DNA of 64,000 bases from Tricharina praecox (Eukaryota), in the NCBI RefSeq assembly GCF_024521635.1, contig NW_026250403.1, positions 2,046,001-2,110,000 on the forward strand. The letters run 5' to 3'. Numbering within the stretch: position 1 is the stretch's first letter; each line of letters opens with the position of its first letter. Position numbers and translations under genes: made by a program. Positions 25,454 to 40,024 of this stretch are shown here, one piece after another. The notes beneath the pieces were generated by a model, which made no database searches, was not told the origin of the DNA, and worked only from the letters and a program-made list of their open reading frames with translations.

Positions 25454-26925
25454 CTATTTGCTGATCGGGACAAACCCCGATGCTGATCTTCTCTCACCGT
25501 ACTGTCGTTTTCTGAGCGTTTCTGACTCGGACGCCGTCACAACGGGCGCAGATGTGGCTCTTGGCGTCACCATGTGGTGGTGCATATCGAAGGGACTGCC
25601 AGTCGTGGGACGCCCACCGAGCCCGCCACTAACACATCCAGCCGACATCCTCCTGCTATCGGACTCGAGCAAACGGAACTTCTCGCCGATCTTCTCCAGT
25701 TTGGCCTTGAGCTCACCGTTGTCGTTCTCCGTCGTCGAAACCCGGTGCTTCAACGCCTCGTTCTCTCGCCGAAGCTCCTCCATCCGCTTCGACAACCATT
25801 CGATCGTTGCCGCACTCTCCTCCCGCGAAACGGGGAATTGCCCGCCACCGTGAGGACCCGATCGGTCCTCCAAACGCATCCGAACGCCCTGCATCTCGTC
25901 TATTGCGTAATCGAGTTGCGCCACTAATCCATGCTCTGTAGCTAGCAGTAGTTCCGAAGAGTGGGCCGAGTTGTGGTGTTTGGGCGCAGTGGTGCCGCTA
26001 CCCGGTGATGTCCGTGAATGTTTGCTTTTCTCCGCTGCCGCCATTGCCACCGCCGCCGCCGCCGCGCTACTGGACCCTCTGTACAGATATGACGGTGGTG
26101 CCGACTCGTCGTTCAAGAGATCTCGGATTAAAAGCTTTGGTGATGGCCTGGGGGGCGATGAAACCAGCCGTGCCAGCTCTCGCCGCCCAAGATCCGGCGA
26201 GGGAACTGATGAAGAGGAAGTGGTGTCATCATCGGACTGCGAAGTTGCTCTGGACCTACCAGAAAGCGATGAAGCCGTCTGATGGCCGCCGTATTGGTGA
26301 TGGTGCGGCACGACGTGGTGAGTGTGCGGCGACCACATTGCCGGTCCAGGATCGATCCCGTTGCCGCCATGATGTCCATGTCCAAATCTCGAGTAGTCAT
26401 CGTTGCCTCGCGGGTCCTCGAGATCCTTTGAAGAACGCGAAGCCACCTGCGAGGCTTCAAAGTTCTCCATGATGCGTACCCGGTCCTCAGAGGGAATGTA
26501 GTCGCACGTCCGGATATGCCTCTGCATATTCGAGCTTCGGCCGGATATCGCTTCTACCCTATCAAACGCTACATTGTACCAAACCGACGAATGATCAGCC
26601 TTTCGTTGTCTAGGATATTTTTCGGATAGTAACCGCCTCCCGCGATTGCATCATTGCTTCTTCCTCGCTCGATTGACCATGGTGAAGGTGGTGGGTAGAT
26701 GATGCCTTGCTTACCCTGGCGGTATTTCCACTCGTCCCAGCCCTCGACGAAGTCGGTAGCGTCGAATGCGGTGCGGGCGTCTCGCGACCTGTCGAGATCC
26801 TCCATGGCCTTGTGGATGCAGCGCCGGCAGTACGCCTTCTTGTGCTTGGTGTTGAAATACTTCTTGTGGCGGTCATAGTGCTCCAGGTATTCGTCCCACA
26901 GCGTGGACTTGTTGTGCGGTCTCAT
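25454..26925 (-). CDS. Putative DNA-binding protein: BED-type zinc-finger-like N-terminus, disordered His/Ser-rich middle, C-terminal coiled coil
   Basis: Intron 26714-26569 (GTAAGC..TGTAG) joins LWDEY...KAYCRRC with SGRSSNMQRHIRTC. Heptad coil LSKRMEELRRENEALKHRV...LKAKLEKI. Confidence 0.75.
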
Positions 26926-29900
26926 CGGGCTTTGGCTTTGGTTGGAACTTCTTCTCCCCGGCGTGGCTTGCTGGCTGGCTGCTGATGCTGCTTCGAGTTT
27001 TTTTCGGCGATGCCCGAATATATGTACCGGGTTGCTGTGCTTTTCCGATTGGACCGCGTGCGTAACGTGCTTGGGTAGCTGGGTTGGCCGCCTGAGAACG
27101 TGAGAACTGGCTGCCTGCTGAGGGCCTAAATCCGGAATATCAATCCCTTGGAGAGGCTTCCACTACACGTAGTGCCGCGAGCAATATCGTGATGTGAGAG
27201 GGTCCGGAGAAGGAATTCCAAATTCTAATAGGTTGTTGGCTTGGAGTGGTGTATCAGGGAAGGATATACTGGGGAGGTGAGGAGGGGGGGTGTGTGGTGT
27301 GTGAGGGGGGAGAAGAGGTTGAATGGAGCTTGGTGACCAGGTGTAATGTGTGCGGCCGAAGAATGAAGGATCCGATACATATTTGTAGGACTCGGGTTTA
27401 GCACACTATGGCAGTGCCGATGAAATTGTTGTTATTGGCTGCTAGGGTGATCGAGGGGGAGGGGGGTGGCCGGTCAGCGGCGAAAGCTCGCCCCCCCCCC
27501 CCCCCCCCCCCCCCCAGTTCTCTCTCTCCCTCCCCCCTCTGCCCCTCTAACTCTTCCTTCCCCCTCCCCATACCCTCGATCTTCATACATCCCTCCCTCC
27601 CTCCCTCCCCCCTACCATGTGCTGTCAGGCGTCGAACTCTCCATCGATCATAATCAGAGCAACAGCGGTACACGACGTTCGGGGAGGATACCTTTGCGCA
27701 TCCATGAATTCCCACATACCCATATGCCCATGGCCCTTTCATCCATCGATTCCCACTTGCAAGTTACTAACTACTTCATGCGTCATGCTCCTACAGCAGA
27801 CGCTAAGCAACTTCTGTTTGTTGCGCAGCACCCGGTGAACGCATAGCATAGGCTCCATATTACAGGTGGGGCTTGAATTCCTGCCTGTGGGTGGTGGTGG
27901 TGGTGGTGGTGGTGGTGGACCGGTGGTGGTGTTGGATCGAAGTACGGTACTAGTAGGTAAGAAAGCGTGCAGGGAAAAGGGATGTAGGTATGGAGGTACT
28001 CGATATCACCTAGGTAAGTAGGAGGTAGGTAAGGTATGAATGTACGCAGCACTGACTGACTGGGTGTGCGAGCAGGCAAAACACCTAGGGAAGTACGTAC
28101 TTCGTACCTATCGCAAGCTTAGGATCGGATAGCTCGCCGTGGCGCTTCTTCGTGCCTTCGCCGTGTGGCGCTAGACGGGGCCTACGGTAGGTATCTTGCG
28201 TCTCTGGTGGATGCCTACGCAACGGGGGTACTCCACCACTTCCTCCACCTCCTGCTTCTCCACATCCTCCACATCCTCCTCCCCCTCCTCTTCCTCTTCC
28301 TTCACCGAGAAAGCAACCATCAACACGAGCGAATGTAGGCACGAGGCACGGGGCACAGAGGACTGGGGACGGGGCACGGAGGACGAGGGGGGGGGCGGAT
28401 TCTGGAAGAAAGGGAAACAAGCGGTTGTCCGTCGGCAGAATAGGCAGGACCAGGGGACACTTTCGCAGCAGGCGTGCGGCACCACCACCACCACCGCCGG
28501 TGACACAGCCCTACGAAGCGGCAAGGTGGAAGGGAGGGTACTCATCAAAATCCCTACGGATAAGCAACTTGCAGTTGCGGTTCCTCCGCCGGCCGTTGGA
28601 GGGAGTGATGTGATGGGATGGAGAAAAATAAATAATCGGACACTAACCGAGGAATCAATCTGCCAGACCGGACCTGTGGCAGCTACAGTACCTACTCTAC
28701 GTAAGTAATTACTTACATACCTCCAGCTCACCGTCGTGATGGTGAGAATACTCGATCCGATCAATCCTGAGCTGTTGGTGCTCCCTTCCGTCCCACTATG
28801 TTCCGCAGCCTCCACCGAGTGCCCATAGGGCTTGGGGGCCCCGGGCCCCCACTTGTTCGTTCGGACGTCTTGACCGGGTCCGCATACATTTTCCACCTAC
28901 CTAACTCCTACTTCCCTACCTACATACCTGAGTCTTTTCTTTCTTGCTACTGCTCGCCGCAGCCAGCCAGTCAGCCCAGCTTCTAACGAAAAGAAAAAAG
29001 AAAAAAAAGGAAGAAGGAAGAAGAAAAAAACAAATGGGAAAGAGTCGCGTATGGGATTGCATGCGCAGTTAGATACTATCTTTTACTTTTATCTCCATAA
29101 AACTGGGAGGTCGGGCATGGCAGGGCAGAGCATGGCAGGGCAAGACAGGGGGCTTTTGGGGTGTTGCGAAGGAGGGTAGGGTAGCAATTGCCCACAAATA
29201 AGCGCCGGTTCGGTGGGCCTTCCCTCCTGCACAGGCGCGAGCAGCCTGGGGGGGGCTGCGGAAAAGACTCCTCCCCCTCGGAGGGCTGCCTACATTCAGG
29301 CTGCCTATCGACCATAGTAATTGGCCCTTCGGCAATAGTTTTGCTCACTGAAGCCTGAAGCCTGAAGCGAGAATGCGGAGTCATCTCACGGCATACCTGT
29401 TACATATGATGCCTACGGTGCCTCCGACGGCCACCGGAGGGCAGATGCAACCAGGGGGGAGGGGGGCGGGAAAAGGAAACGCTGTGCTGTGATGTGCGGT
29501 GCAGTGATACGATGTGCGGTGTTGTGATGTGCTGTGATGAACTGTGATGAGCTGTGCTCTGCTGCTGCGCTGTGATGTGCTCCGCTGTGCTATGTAGGCT
29601 GAGCTGTACCATGCTGAGCTGTACTGATTCAGTAACCGATTCGATGTTGATCCGCAATCCCCAGGTACCCGCAGAATCGCAGGGCTCAGTCGACTTCCTC
29701 ACCCACTCCGATGCGGCCAGCGGCGCCGCGCCTGTAGGCTGTAGTGCCCTACCAGGTAGATACGCGTAAGCTTCGGCAGAATCGAACGCACTGTGCACTA
29801 TCGGCTCGCCTCGCCTCCCAGAGTCGCAGCCAATAGCCCCACAGGCGCGCGCGGATCGGGGCGGCGCGGGAAAGACGGGATGGGCGGGACGGGGCGAGGG

Positions 29901-32502
29901 CAGATGTTGACAACTTGACAGCGGAATAGTTGACAGCGGGAAATCGAGCAGCTCAAGGACAAGTGCGATGGGCGATCGATTGCTGAACACCAGTGACACC
30001 ACCACCACTACTACTTCGTGCCATCGACGCCAGAGCAGTAGAGGATGTAGGGCAGTAGTTTCTCTAGCTCCTACATACCGCCCCATCCATCCATCCAGCC
30101 ATCCATCCATCCAGCCATCCATCCAACCATTCCGCGGTTGTGAGGTCATGCGGTAGCTCCGATTCATTCTGGATCCGCAGCCCGCTTGGCGGCCGTTGAT
30201 GATTCGATTCGAGGGCTTTCTTTTTGGCTCTCTTTTAGCGCTGCGCTGCTGCTGCTGCTGCGGGCCTACGGCGGCGGCGGGGATGCCGTAGATATGATGA
30301 TAGATAGATATCATACTTTGTATCATACATACAGGTAGACCGTAGATGCGATTTAGTGCGTACGGTTGTTTGAACTTTGGTGGCACATAGCACAGGATAA
30401 GGTATGAGGTATGTAAGGTATGTAGGATCCATGTGCATACATACAGTAGAGTACCTCAGAACCTAAGAGAGCTTTGCGCGGTGCCACGACGTTCAATGGC
30501 CCGTCGCCTACTCTACACTCACTCACGGCTGCGACGCCAGGCTTACACCCCCATCCCACCCCCAGGATATCCATCCGACGCTTTTTTTCTCCTCACTCCC
30601 CTCCCCACTAGCTGAAGCCATACTCTACATACGCATCATTTCCCGTGAGTGAATAGGTACCTAGTACCTACTACGAATGGAGCAATGTTAGCGCGACCCG
30701 CATCGATTGGTGCCAGCGCTTGGCAAGCCAGGAAGCAAGCAAGCCACACCGAGCACTAAACTCGTACCTATGGGCGGAAGCGGATTTGGGTGCGTGGTGG
30801 TTGAGCGAACCGGGAAAATCCACCGGGCGTGATGGTTCCAGCCGTTAGAACTGCCTGGTTGTCACTAAGGACGCCTCAACTCGACGGATTGGCCCAGGCG
30901 GCGGCGGGCGGCGGGAAGCGTGCGGTTGCACTCATTGAGGTTGGGGACGGCAGGGAGCGCATGCACTGTGTGTGGCGTCACGCGTGAACAGCACCATAGC
31001 CGGCCGTGAAAAGCGTGAAAGCGTGTGAAAGCGTGTGAAAGGGGCCGCGCCGCCGCGCTGGACATGCCTACAGAGTAGTTAGAGTACTCTACGCCCGGCA
31101 GAGCTAACCGCCGCCCGCATACGGCAATCATCACCTGAGAATTAATCCATCCACCTACAGCTGGGCTGGGGTGGGATGGGATGCGGTGGGATGGATGCGG
31201 TGGGATGGGTGGGACGCATCCTGGCTGCCGATCCCGATGGCCAGCAGTGTGTCGACTCTGGATTTCGACACCCCCCCCTCCGGCACGGTTGTTTTTTTCT
31301 TCTTGCTTTCGGGCTCGGATGTTAACGAGATAAACGATCGTTCACTTGCTACATAATCGGGCAATCGTAAGTCTTTCTGACAGGTGGCGAGAGAAAAAGA
31401 AAGCCGACAACTGCCTACGGACTCTTTCGGTTTCTCTCTCGTACCCTCAAAGAACCAGGTTTCTCACACTAACTAGACATCCGCCTACTACTATGGTACC
31501 TATTATGTACATACTACAGACATTGGATTCTCCCGGCTATAGGAAGCTCACAGCCAGAACTGCGGACTCCGGACGTATCGCCGTCTCTGCCTCTCTATTG
31601 CAGCACGCGCCTTCCTTCCGTCACTTCCTAGCCTTCCGAGTGGTCCGTCCCATAGAGAAGCTCGGCTTCCGTTCGCCGTTGAACTGTGAACCTGCATGAT
31701 GGATCCCATGCGCGGGCCCGACCAAATCTCGGTACCTAGGCGACGTCCATAGTAGTAGAAACTACTATATGATAACACTGGGTATCCATACGGATTGCAC
31801 AGATGCGTCCATAAAAACCAGGCTCCACAGCGATACATGTGCTATCCTGCTATCTGTAAACGATTGCCGATCGCGGTTGAAATCGATGTTTCACGATCCC
31901 ACCCTGGTTTACTCAAGGAGCTGTCGTGGTTGCCGATTCGAAGCGCGCGAAACAGCCGGCCACGCTTCCAGCGGCACCTCCCATATTGACGCCAATCAAC
32001 CGCCGAACGCAATTTCGACAGCTGCGAGTTCCGCTTCCAGGCTGTTGTGGCTGTCAGTTACCGTATGCAACAAAGAGGCAGAATACTTCCCCAACCGGCT
32101 CTTAGCGACATCACGCTCGTAGGGATCTGCGGATGTCAAATTCCCCGCTCCTGGCCTCTTTGCAGCTTTTCGGACAAACCCCGAGCGAGAGAGCCAACTG
32201 GACTGGACGCGTGGCCCCCCGTCCATGTGTTCCTGAAACAAGCTTCGACATGCCATCTCGGATGCCTACAGCCTTGTCTCCGCCTACTTGCCCCCGCAAA
32301 CTTTGCCCGTCTTTCCGATCCCTATATTGCTTTATAGTGAATGGCTGCGTTTAACCAGATTGCCCTGGGCAGACACGGTCGGGACAGGACTCCGGAGCCC
32401 GGACCCCCCCCCCCGGCAGGTACTGACACTTTCCGAAGAGATATTTTGCCGATATGCCTTTCATTCTAGATGAACAGCGTAGGAACGAGGGGAAAAAACG
32501 CG

Positions 32503-32508
32503 TATAAA
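32503..32508 (+). promoter_or_regulatory. Candidate TATA box of the GH10 gene
   Basis: TATAAA about 90 bp upstream of ATG 32593. Confidence 0.5.
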
Positions 32509-32592
32509 TACGTGACGCATTGCATTGGTCTGTGCCGCATCGGAAGTCTTTCGACATCATCTTCGTCTTCGTCTTCGCCGTCGTCCTGCAGA

Positions 32593-34712
<2,120 letters not shown>

Positions 34713-36425
34713 GCAAGCAGCAGGTGGCACCGAGACGCCGCTGCAGCAGCACTATAGTAGCTGGTTTACTCTGCTGCATACCTACTTCCTTCATACCCAC
34801 TGTACTTCTAGAAAGAAACCGAAATGAGAAGGAAAAAAATCATCCGATGCAGGCCGCGCGGTATCTACCGTAACGCAACGCAACATTTTGCCTGGCGAGA
34901 GTCTTCCGGCGTGTGTGAGGGATCCTGGTCGAGTCGAGTCGTAGGACCAGGTATGTAGGAATACGTAGAGTAGATACCGCGGTTCGGTTTGTAATCGTGG
35001 CAGCGTTTGCTACCTGCAACCCCCCGTGCCTTGCGCAAAAAGAGAACCGCTGTTGCCGCAAACCCGCTGCTTTCGCATGAGCTCCATTTGATGACGCCGC
35101 GATATTTACCATATTAGTTAGTACCTACGCTGGACCAAGACGTCATAGATACCGCACGGGCCACGGCCGTCGGCGTCCACCGTTCGGGGAGGGATGTGCT
35201 GGTGATGGTACCGTATCTATGCAACGGTACCGACTTCCTACGGATCTTTTCACATACATATTCGCGGCCATGTCCGGCTCCGGCTCCGGCGCCGGCTCCG
35301 ACTGCGCATCCTGTCCAGTGTCTACCACCGTCATCCCTAGCCTCCCGTTCGAACTGACCATTCCGCCCCGACCCGTCCCGTAGCAGGTATCTCGACAAAT
35401 CGCAAACGCAAACGCCGAAAAGAAAAGGGTGCAAAGCATCACCGAACCTCGAATCTCGCGTAGACTCCCACGGCGACCCGGTCGCTGCACCCCCACCCCC
35501 ACCGAGCGTCCCCCCCACCTGCGCATGCGCCGACCTCGTCAGGGAGGGAGGAAGCAGTAGAGTAAGTATCGCCTGTTGCTGCCGGCGGATGTTCGCACCG
35601 TCGCCTCTGTGCCTCTCCCTCCCTCCATCCTCCATCTCCCTCTCCCTCCATATCTCCCTCTCGCGCAAACGTAATTTAGCCACCACGGATGAATCACGAA
35701 ATCGCTTCACTCCCTTCCCCCCCACTCACGCACCTGTTACGTGCCGCAAACCAGCAGCTCTCCTATCCGCTCTCCATCCCATTCGCGAAGCGCTGCACTC
35801 ACGCTCACCGGTCGTAACTTGTCCACCGGCGGAACGGTGTCATCACCGGAAGCATGAGGGTATGTAGGTAGAGTAGGTAGGGTAGGGAGCGTGTTTCATC
35901 TCCCCTCCCTCGTTCCCTCGTTCCATCCCCCAGGGTGGGGTTGGGTGGGGTTATTTTGGCGGGGGCCCGGGGAGCCCGGGGGGCTAGGAATTCAGCCCTG
36001 CCTCCCTGCGCAAGCCCTCCCCCATCCCCCGATTCCTGTTCCTGTTCCTGTTCTTCCTACAGTCCGCAGTGTGTGTGCGGCCCCCATGGGCTGTGAGTGT
36101 GAGGTATGAGGACGGGGAGCCGGAAAGATACCCGGAATACTTTTGCCGTCGCGAGTCGCGAATAGTCGTAGTGTTGGGCCTGAATAGTTACCGGTGCAGG
36201 TATGCATCGGTCGACGTTGCGCGTAAACGTGTGGGTTGTGGACTGTGGGTGCATTTCGAGGATTCGAGGTCAGGTGGTAGATAGTACCTACTCTACATAG
36301 AGTCTAGATATATAGAGTAGGTAAGTGCTTAGTAAACTTCCCAGGGAGCGGCCGCGCCCAGATGCTCGCGAATTATATACTCCACCAACGGCGAGAGTGG
36401 GCGCCAAGACGGCTCAATGGGGGTA

Positions 36426-36758
36426 AGGTATCCACGTCGTGTAGATAGAGCGGGTGACATGTAGTGAGTTTGACTTCTGCTCTCGACCGCGTGTGAATCA
36501 TGATGTGTGGATCTGCAGTATATTATGAGTTGGGATGGGATCCCAGTATGGGCACTGCGTGACGGCTGACGGTTTAGCTTCGCGTTACGCGCGGTTAGAT
36601 GACATCTTACGATTTTCCATGGCTAGCCAATCGCTTGGTTACCTAATAAAGTATCTACGTCGTATAGTTAAGTTGGGCCTGGCTGGGTGATATGTGGTGA
36701 GTTTGACTTTCGCCCTCGCGTGGAAATCATGATGTGTAGTATATATTTTGAGTTAGGG
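36426..36758 (+). repeat. Diverged direct repeat, two copies of about 110 bp (36426-36535 and 36649-36758)
   Basis: Shared blocks GTATCYACGTCGT, GGGTGAYATGTRGTGAGTTTGACTT, AATCATGATGTGT and TATT-TGAGTT. Confidence 0.8.
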
Positions 36759-37276
36759 TAGTCTTTAACTTTAGTCCAGGCTCTCTATGTCATGGCTGTC
36801 AGATATCTCACATGGAAGCTGGAGGTTTGTACATAACATCTTGCAGATTGAAAACTCTACGAAGTCTAATCGGAACCAGGTTTCCAAAATTTTCGACGTC
36901 CTCCGATGTTGCCTGAATTGGACGGCCAGGAAAAAACACTATGCACCTCCAGGGGGAAACGCCTCGACTCCATACACATCGAAGAGGATGACAGCATGGG
37001 CACTGGGTGACCACTCAGCTTCACTCTACGCACGGCTGGAAGCCATGTCACGATCGACTTCATTTTCACCTCAGTTTTCAGCGGCAGCACGTCCGTATAG
37101 TTCCATGACATTCCATTAATTAACATCAGAACTAGACAAAACAACCAGAAACTAAACTCCAAAAATTTTAAACCCAAAAAGAACCCAAAAGCAAAAAGAA
37201 CCATCCCAAACGAAAAATTCACCCAAGACCACGACCCCCAAGAAATAACACCTGGCCACTCTCGCGGAGGACCAAC

Positions 37277-37983
37277 CTACTGGGACGAGGAAAAAGACAA
37301 TCTCTCGTTGTCCCCTACGTACACGGGGTACGCAGGGTACGCAGGGTAAGCAGGGTACTCGTCGTAATCGTCGTCCTGGTCGTACCCGTCGTACTCGTCG
37401 TACTCGTCGACCCCGGCGTACTTGACCCATTCGTCGTAAGAGGTCGGGAAGCTACTGGGAAACGCAACGGTCGAGTTTCCCATTGGGAACGAAGCGGTTC
37501 CCGTCGCAGCAGGCGCAGTTCCCGAGGGGTAGACGGCGGTTCCGATGGCAGTCGAGTTGCCATATGGGGCGGTCATGTTGCCATACGGCGGGAAGTGACC
37601 GCTGGGGACCTGCACGAGGGTCTCGTTGACGCAGCTGGAATTGTTCAGTCTCTGTTCTATTAAAGAGTCCACGATGCATACCTGTACTGATGGCTAAAAT
37701 AGCAATCATAGAAATCGGGGTCGGTGCCGCAAGCCCGGGTGCCCCTGGGGCACAGCCGATACCCGTCCCAGCAGGTGTACAGCTCGGGGTAGTAGGGCTG
37801 TCCAACACAATCGAGGGCGGTCATGTTCGTGACGTTGAGGGTGTGGGGGACATACTCGGGGAACACAGTAGTGTTCCCGACGCTGGTGGAATTGTATCCG
37901 CCGATAGGAGCGCCGAAGTGGTACGGGAAGGCCCTTGTGAGGCCAAGGGAGAGGGCAACAACTGAGAGGATGATGGGGAACAT
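37277..37983 (-). CDS. Small secreted glycoprotein with a CBM52-like Cys-rich module and an acidic Tyr-repeat tail
   Basis: Signal MFPIILSVVALSLGLTRA. CVGQPYYPELYTCWDGYRLCPRGTRACG...CYFSHQY|SC has six Cys in the Carb_bind/CBM52 pattern. Intron 37681-37635. Many NxS/T sequons. Confidence 0.8.
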
Positions 37984-38611
37984 CTTGTTTGGCGGGCGTG
38001 AGACTGAGACCAGGTGGTCTGTGAGAAAGTGATAAGGGAAGAGAGTGATCTGGGACGAGGCGATCTGTGAGGGAGTGGTAGGGAAGGAAGGAAAGAAGAG
38101 ATCTGGGACACAGCGGTCGGAGATATATAGTTGGCAGTGGTTTGTGTGAGTTTGGAAGTGCGAGCTGTCAAAGGTTGGCCACCTAGGCGCCGTCAAGCAG
38201 TCACCGATACTCGCCCGATCTAGATTGACTGTTTTTCTTCAGGATCGCATGTCCTAACACGAATGCGGGTGTTTTTGCTGAGCGGTAAAGCCGCTGATAG
38301 ACCCATATTTCAACTTTCCTGCAATATTAGCGGATCATTACAGTTATGCTTCATAGCCTTGAACGCACACATAGTGATTTAGAGTGTCTTCGTGGTTGAT
38401 AGGTATGTATCATTATTCTTGGTCCGTAATATACTCAGGTTACGCACTCGGCTGACGATGCTATGTTTTGAGATTGGTTGGGACAACGCGGGGCCCCACA
38501 TATCTTAAGCCATGACACAATGACTGAGCGTCCTGCACGAGCTATCTAGCAAAAACTCGATCACTCCGACAAAATACAACTGGAACAAAATGGTCGGGGC
38601 GGCTTTCCATC

Positions 38612-40024
38612 CTAAGCCCTTCTAAAAACAACCTCAACTCTTCCTTCTATCGGAGCAGTGGTGTATGTATCAACACCCTCCGTACTGCTGGAGCTTTCCG
38701 TCTCAAAGTTCGCATAGATAGCCGCGAGAACCATCCTCATCTCCCACATGGCCAGATTACGTCCGATACAGCCTCTACCGCCACTGCCAAACGGCCACCA
38801 TGCCCTCTCCATCTCCGTCGTGTCCCCTTCCAGCCACCTTTCTGGCATAAACCTCTCCATATCTTTCCATATTGCTGGATCCCTATGAAGCGAGTATGCC
38901 TGCGCTGATATCACAGTCCCGGCTGGCACAAAGTGACCCAGGATTTCCATATCTCGGATAACAACCCTGGGCTGGCTTCCAGGAATAGGTGCGTACAGCC
39001 GCAACGTTTCCTTGATGATGGCGTTCAGCAGCGGTTGGTCTTCGAGCCCGTCCCCATCCGCTCGGGGGAGCTTCCATCCGTCTCGGACCTCCACCAATGA
39101 CTCCAAGCTCTCCCTCAGCTGTTTTTGCAACAGCGGCTGCCCCGAGAGAGCTGCGAGAGCGAACGACAGGGCCAACGCGGTGGTTTCGTGTCCCGCGCCG
39201 ATATGATCCAGTATCTCACTAGCCGCCTGCATCTCCGAGAGTTCCGCAGCGGAGGTGAGACGGTCGAAGATACACTCCTCCGTCCCGCCTTCCCCGCGCC
39301 GACGTCGATCACACAGCAGACGACACCACGCCTCGATCCGATCGTTCGCGTCGTTGATCCGCTGGGGTATGATCCACCTCGCCAGCCACGGCAGCTCCGA
39401 AGAAACCCCAAAGTACCCTCGACGGCTGTGATAGAGGCGCAATATCTTCATGTCCTCGCCCTCTAGGAACCTGCTCCCAAGCTCGCGGGTGAGAAGAAAT
39501 GCCGTGACGAAGTCCATCGTGAGGCGATTGAATGTCATCCACACTTCGACTTCCTTCTCCCGGGCTGCCGAGAACTCTCCCAGCAGCACCGGTAGCACCT
39601 CGCTCGCCACCCGCTTGATAACGGGGTTCTTCAGGACCGCCCCGTTGCTATACGCCCCGGCCAATATCTTCCTTTTCGCCGCGTGTTCCCGTCCGAGCGG
39701 GGTTGCGAACATCGAGGCTATGCCATAATTGTGGAAGACGCGGTACCAGGGCGGCTTGGGGGATGAAGTGTAGATTGTGCTCAGCACGCTGGGCGCGGAA
39801 AAGGAGACCTCGGTGGGCGAAAGCCGGACGATGGATCCATGTTGAAGATGTGCTCTGTGGATTGTGGCGTTCCGGCGTCCGAACAGGGTAGGGAGCAGGA
39901 TCGGTAGCGAGGTGAAAGCGGAAAGGGGATGCAACAGTGGGATGATGGAAGGCTTCGTGCGATGACGGTAGACGAGAAGCAGAAATACCGGGATCAAGAG
40001 GAGGGCGGGAAGGAGGAGGGCCAT
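38612..40024 (-). CDS. Cytochrome P450 monooxygenase, intronless
   Basis: N-terminal TM anchor, VRLSPTEVSF, I-helix AGHETT, ETLR, PERW and heme motif FGSGGRGCIG; 470 aa. Confidence 0.96.
   Translation of the reverse strand: MALLLPALLLIPVFLLLVYRHRTKPSIIPLLHPLSAFTSLPILLPTLFGRRNATIHRAHLQHGSIVRLSPTEVSFSAPSVLSTIYTSSPKPPWYRVFHNYGIASMFATPLGREHAAKRKILAGAYSNGAVLKNPVIKRVASEVLPVLLGEFSAAREKEVEVWMTFNRLTMDFVTAFLLTRELGSRFLEGEDMKILRLYHSRRGYFGVSSELPWLARWIIPQRINDANDRIEAWCRLLCDRRRRGEGGTEECIFDRLTSAAELSEMQAASEILDHIGAGHETTALALSFALAALSGQPLLQKQLRESLESLVEVRDGWKLPRADGDGLEDQPLLNAIIKETLRLYAPIPGSQPRVVIRDMEILGHFVPAGTVISAQAYSLHRDPAIWKDMERFMPERWLEGDTTEMERAWWPFGSGGRGCIGRNLAMWEMRMVLAAIYANFETESSSSTEGVDTYTTAPIEGRVEVVFRRA

Noticed and set aside
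28171..30386. Long ORFs (241 aa and 328 aa) in the intergenic region
   Set aside because: They are built from microsatellite translations (GWMD, HST and poly-E/G runs) with no domain content.
31628..31633. XlnR-like GGCTAG site upstream of the xylanase, and CreA-like SYGGRG sites near the transporter
   Set aside because: Degenerate hexamers are expected by chance in this GC-rich DNA and are not supportable alone.
38612..40024. P450 as part of a secondary-metabolite cluster
   Set aside because: No PKS, NRPS, terpene synthase or DUF3328/UstYa gene in the window.
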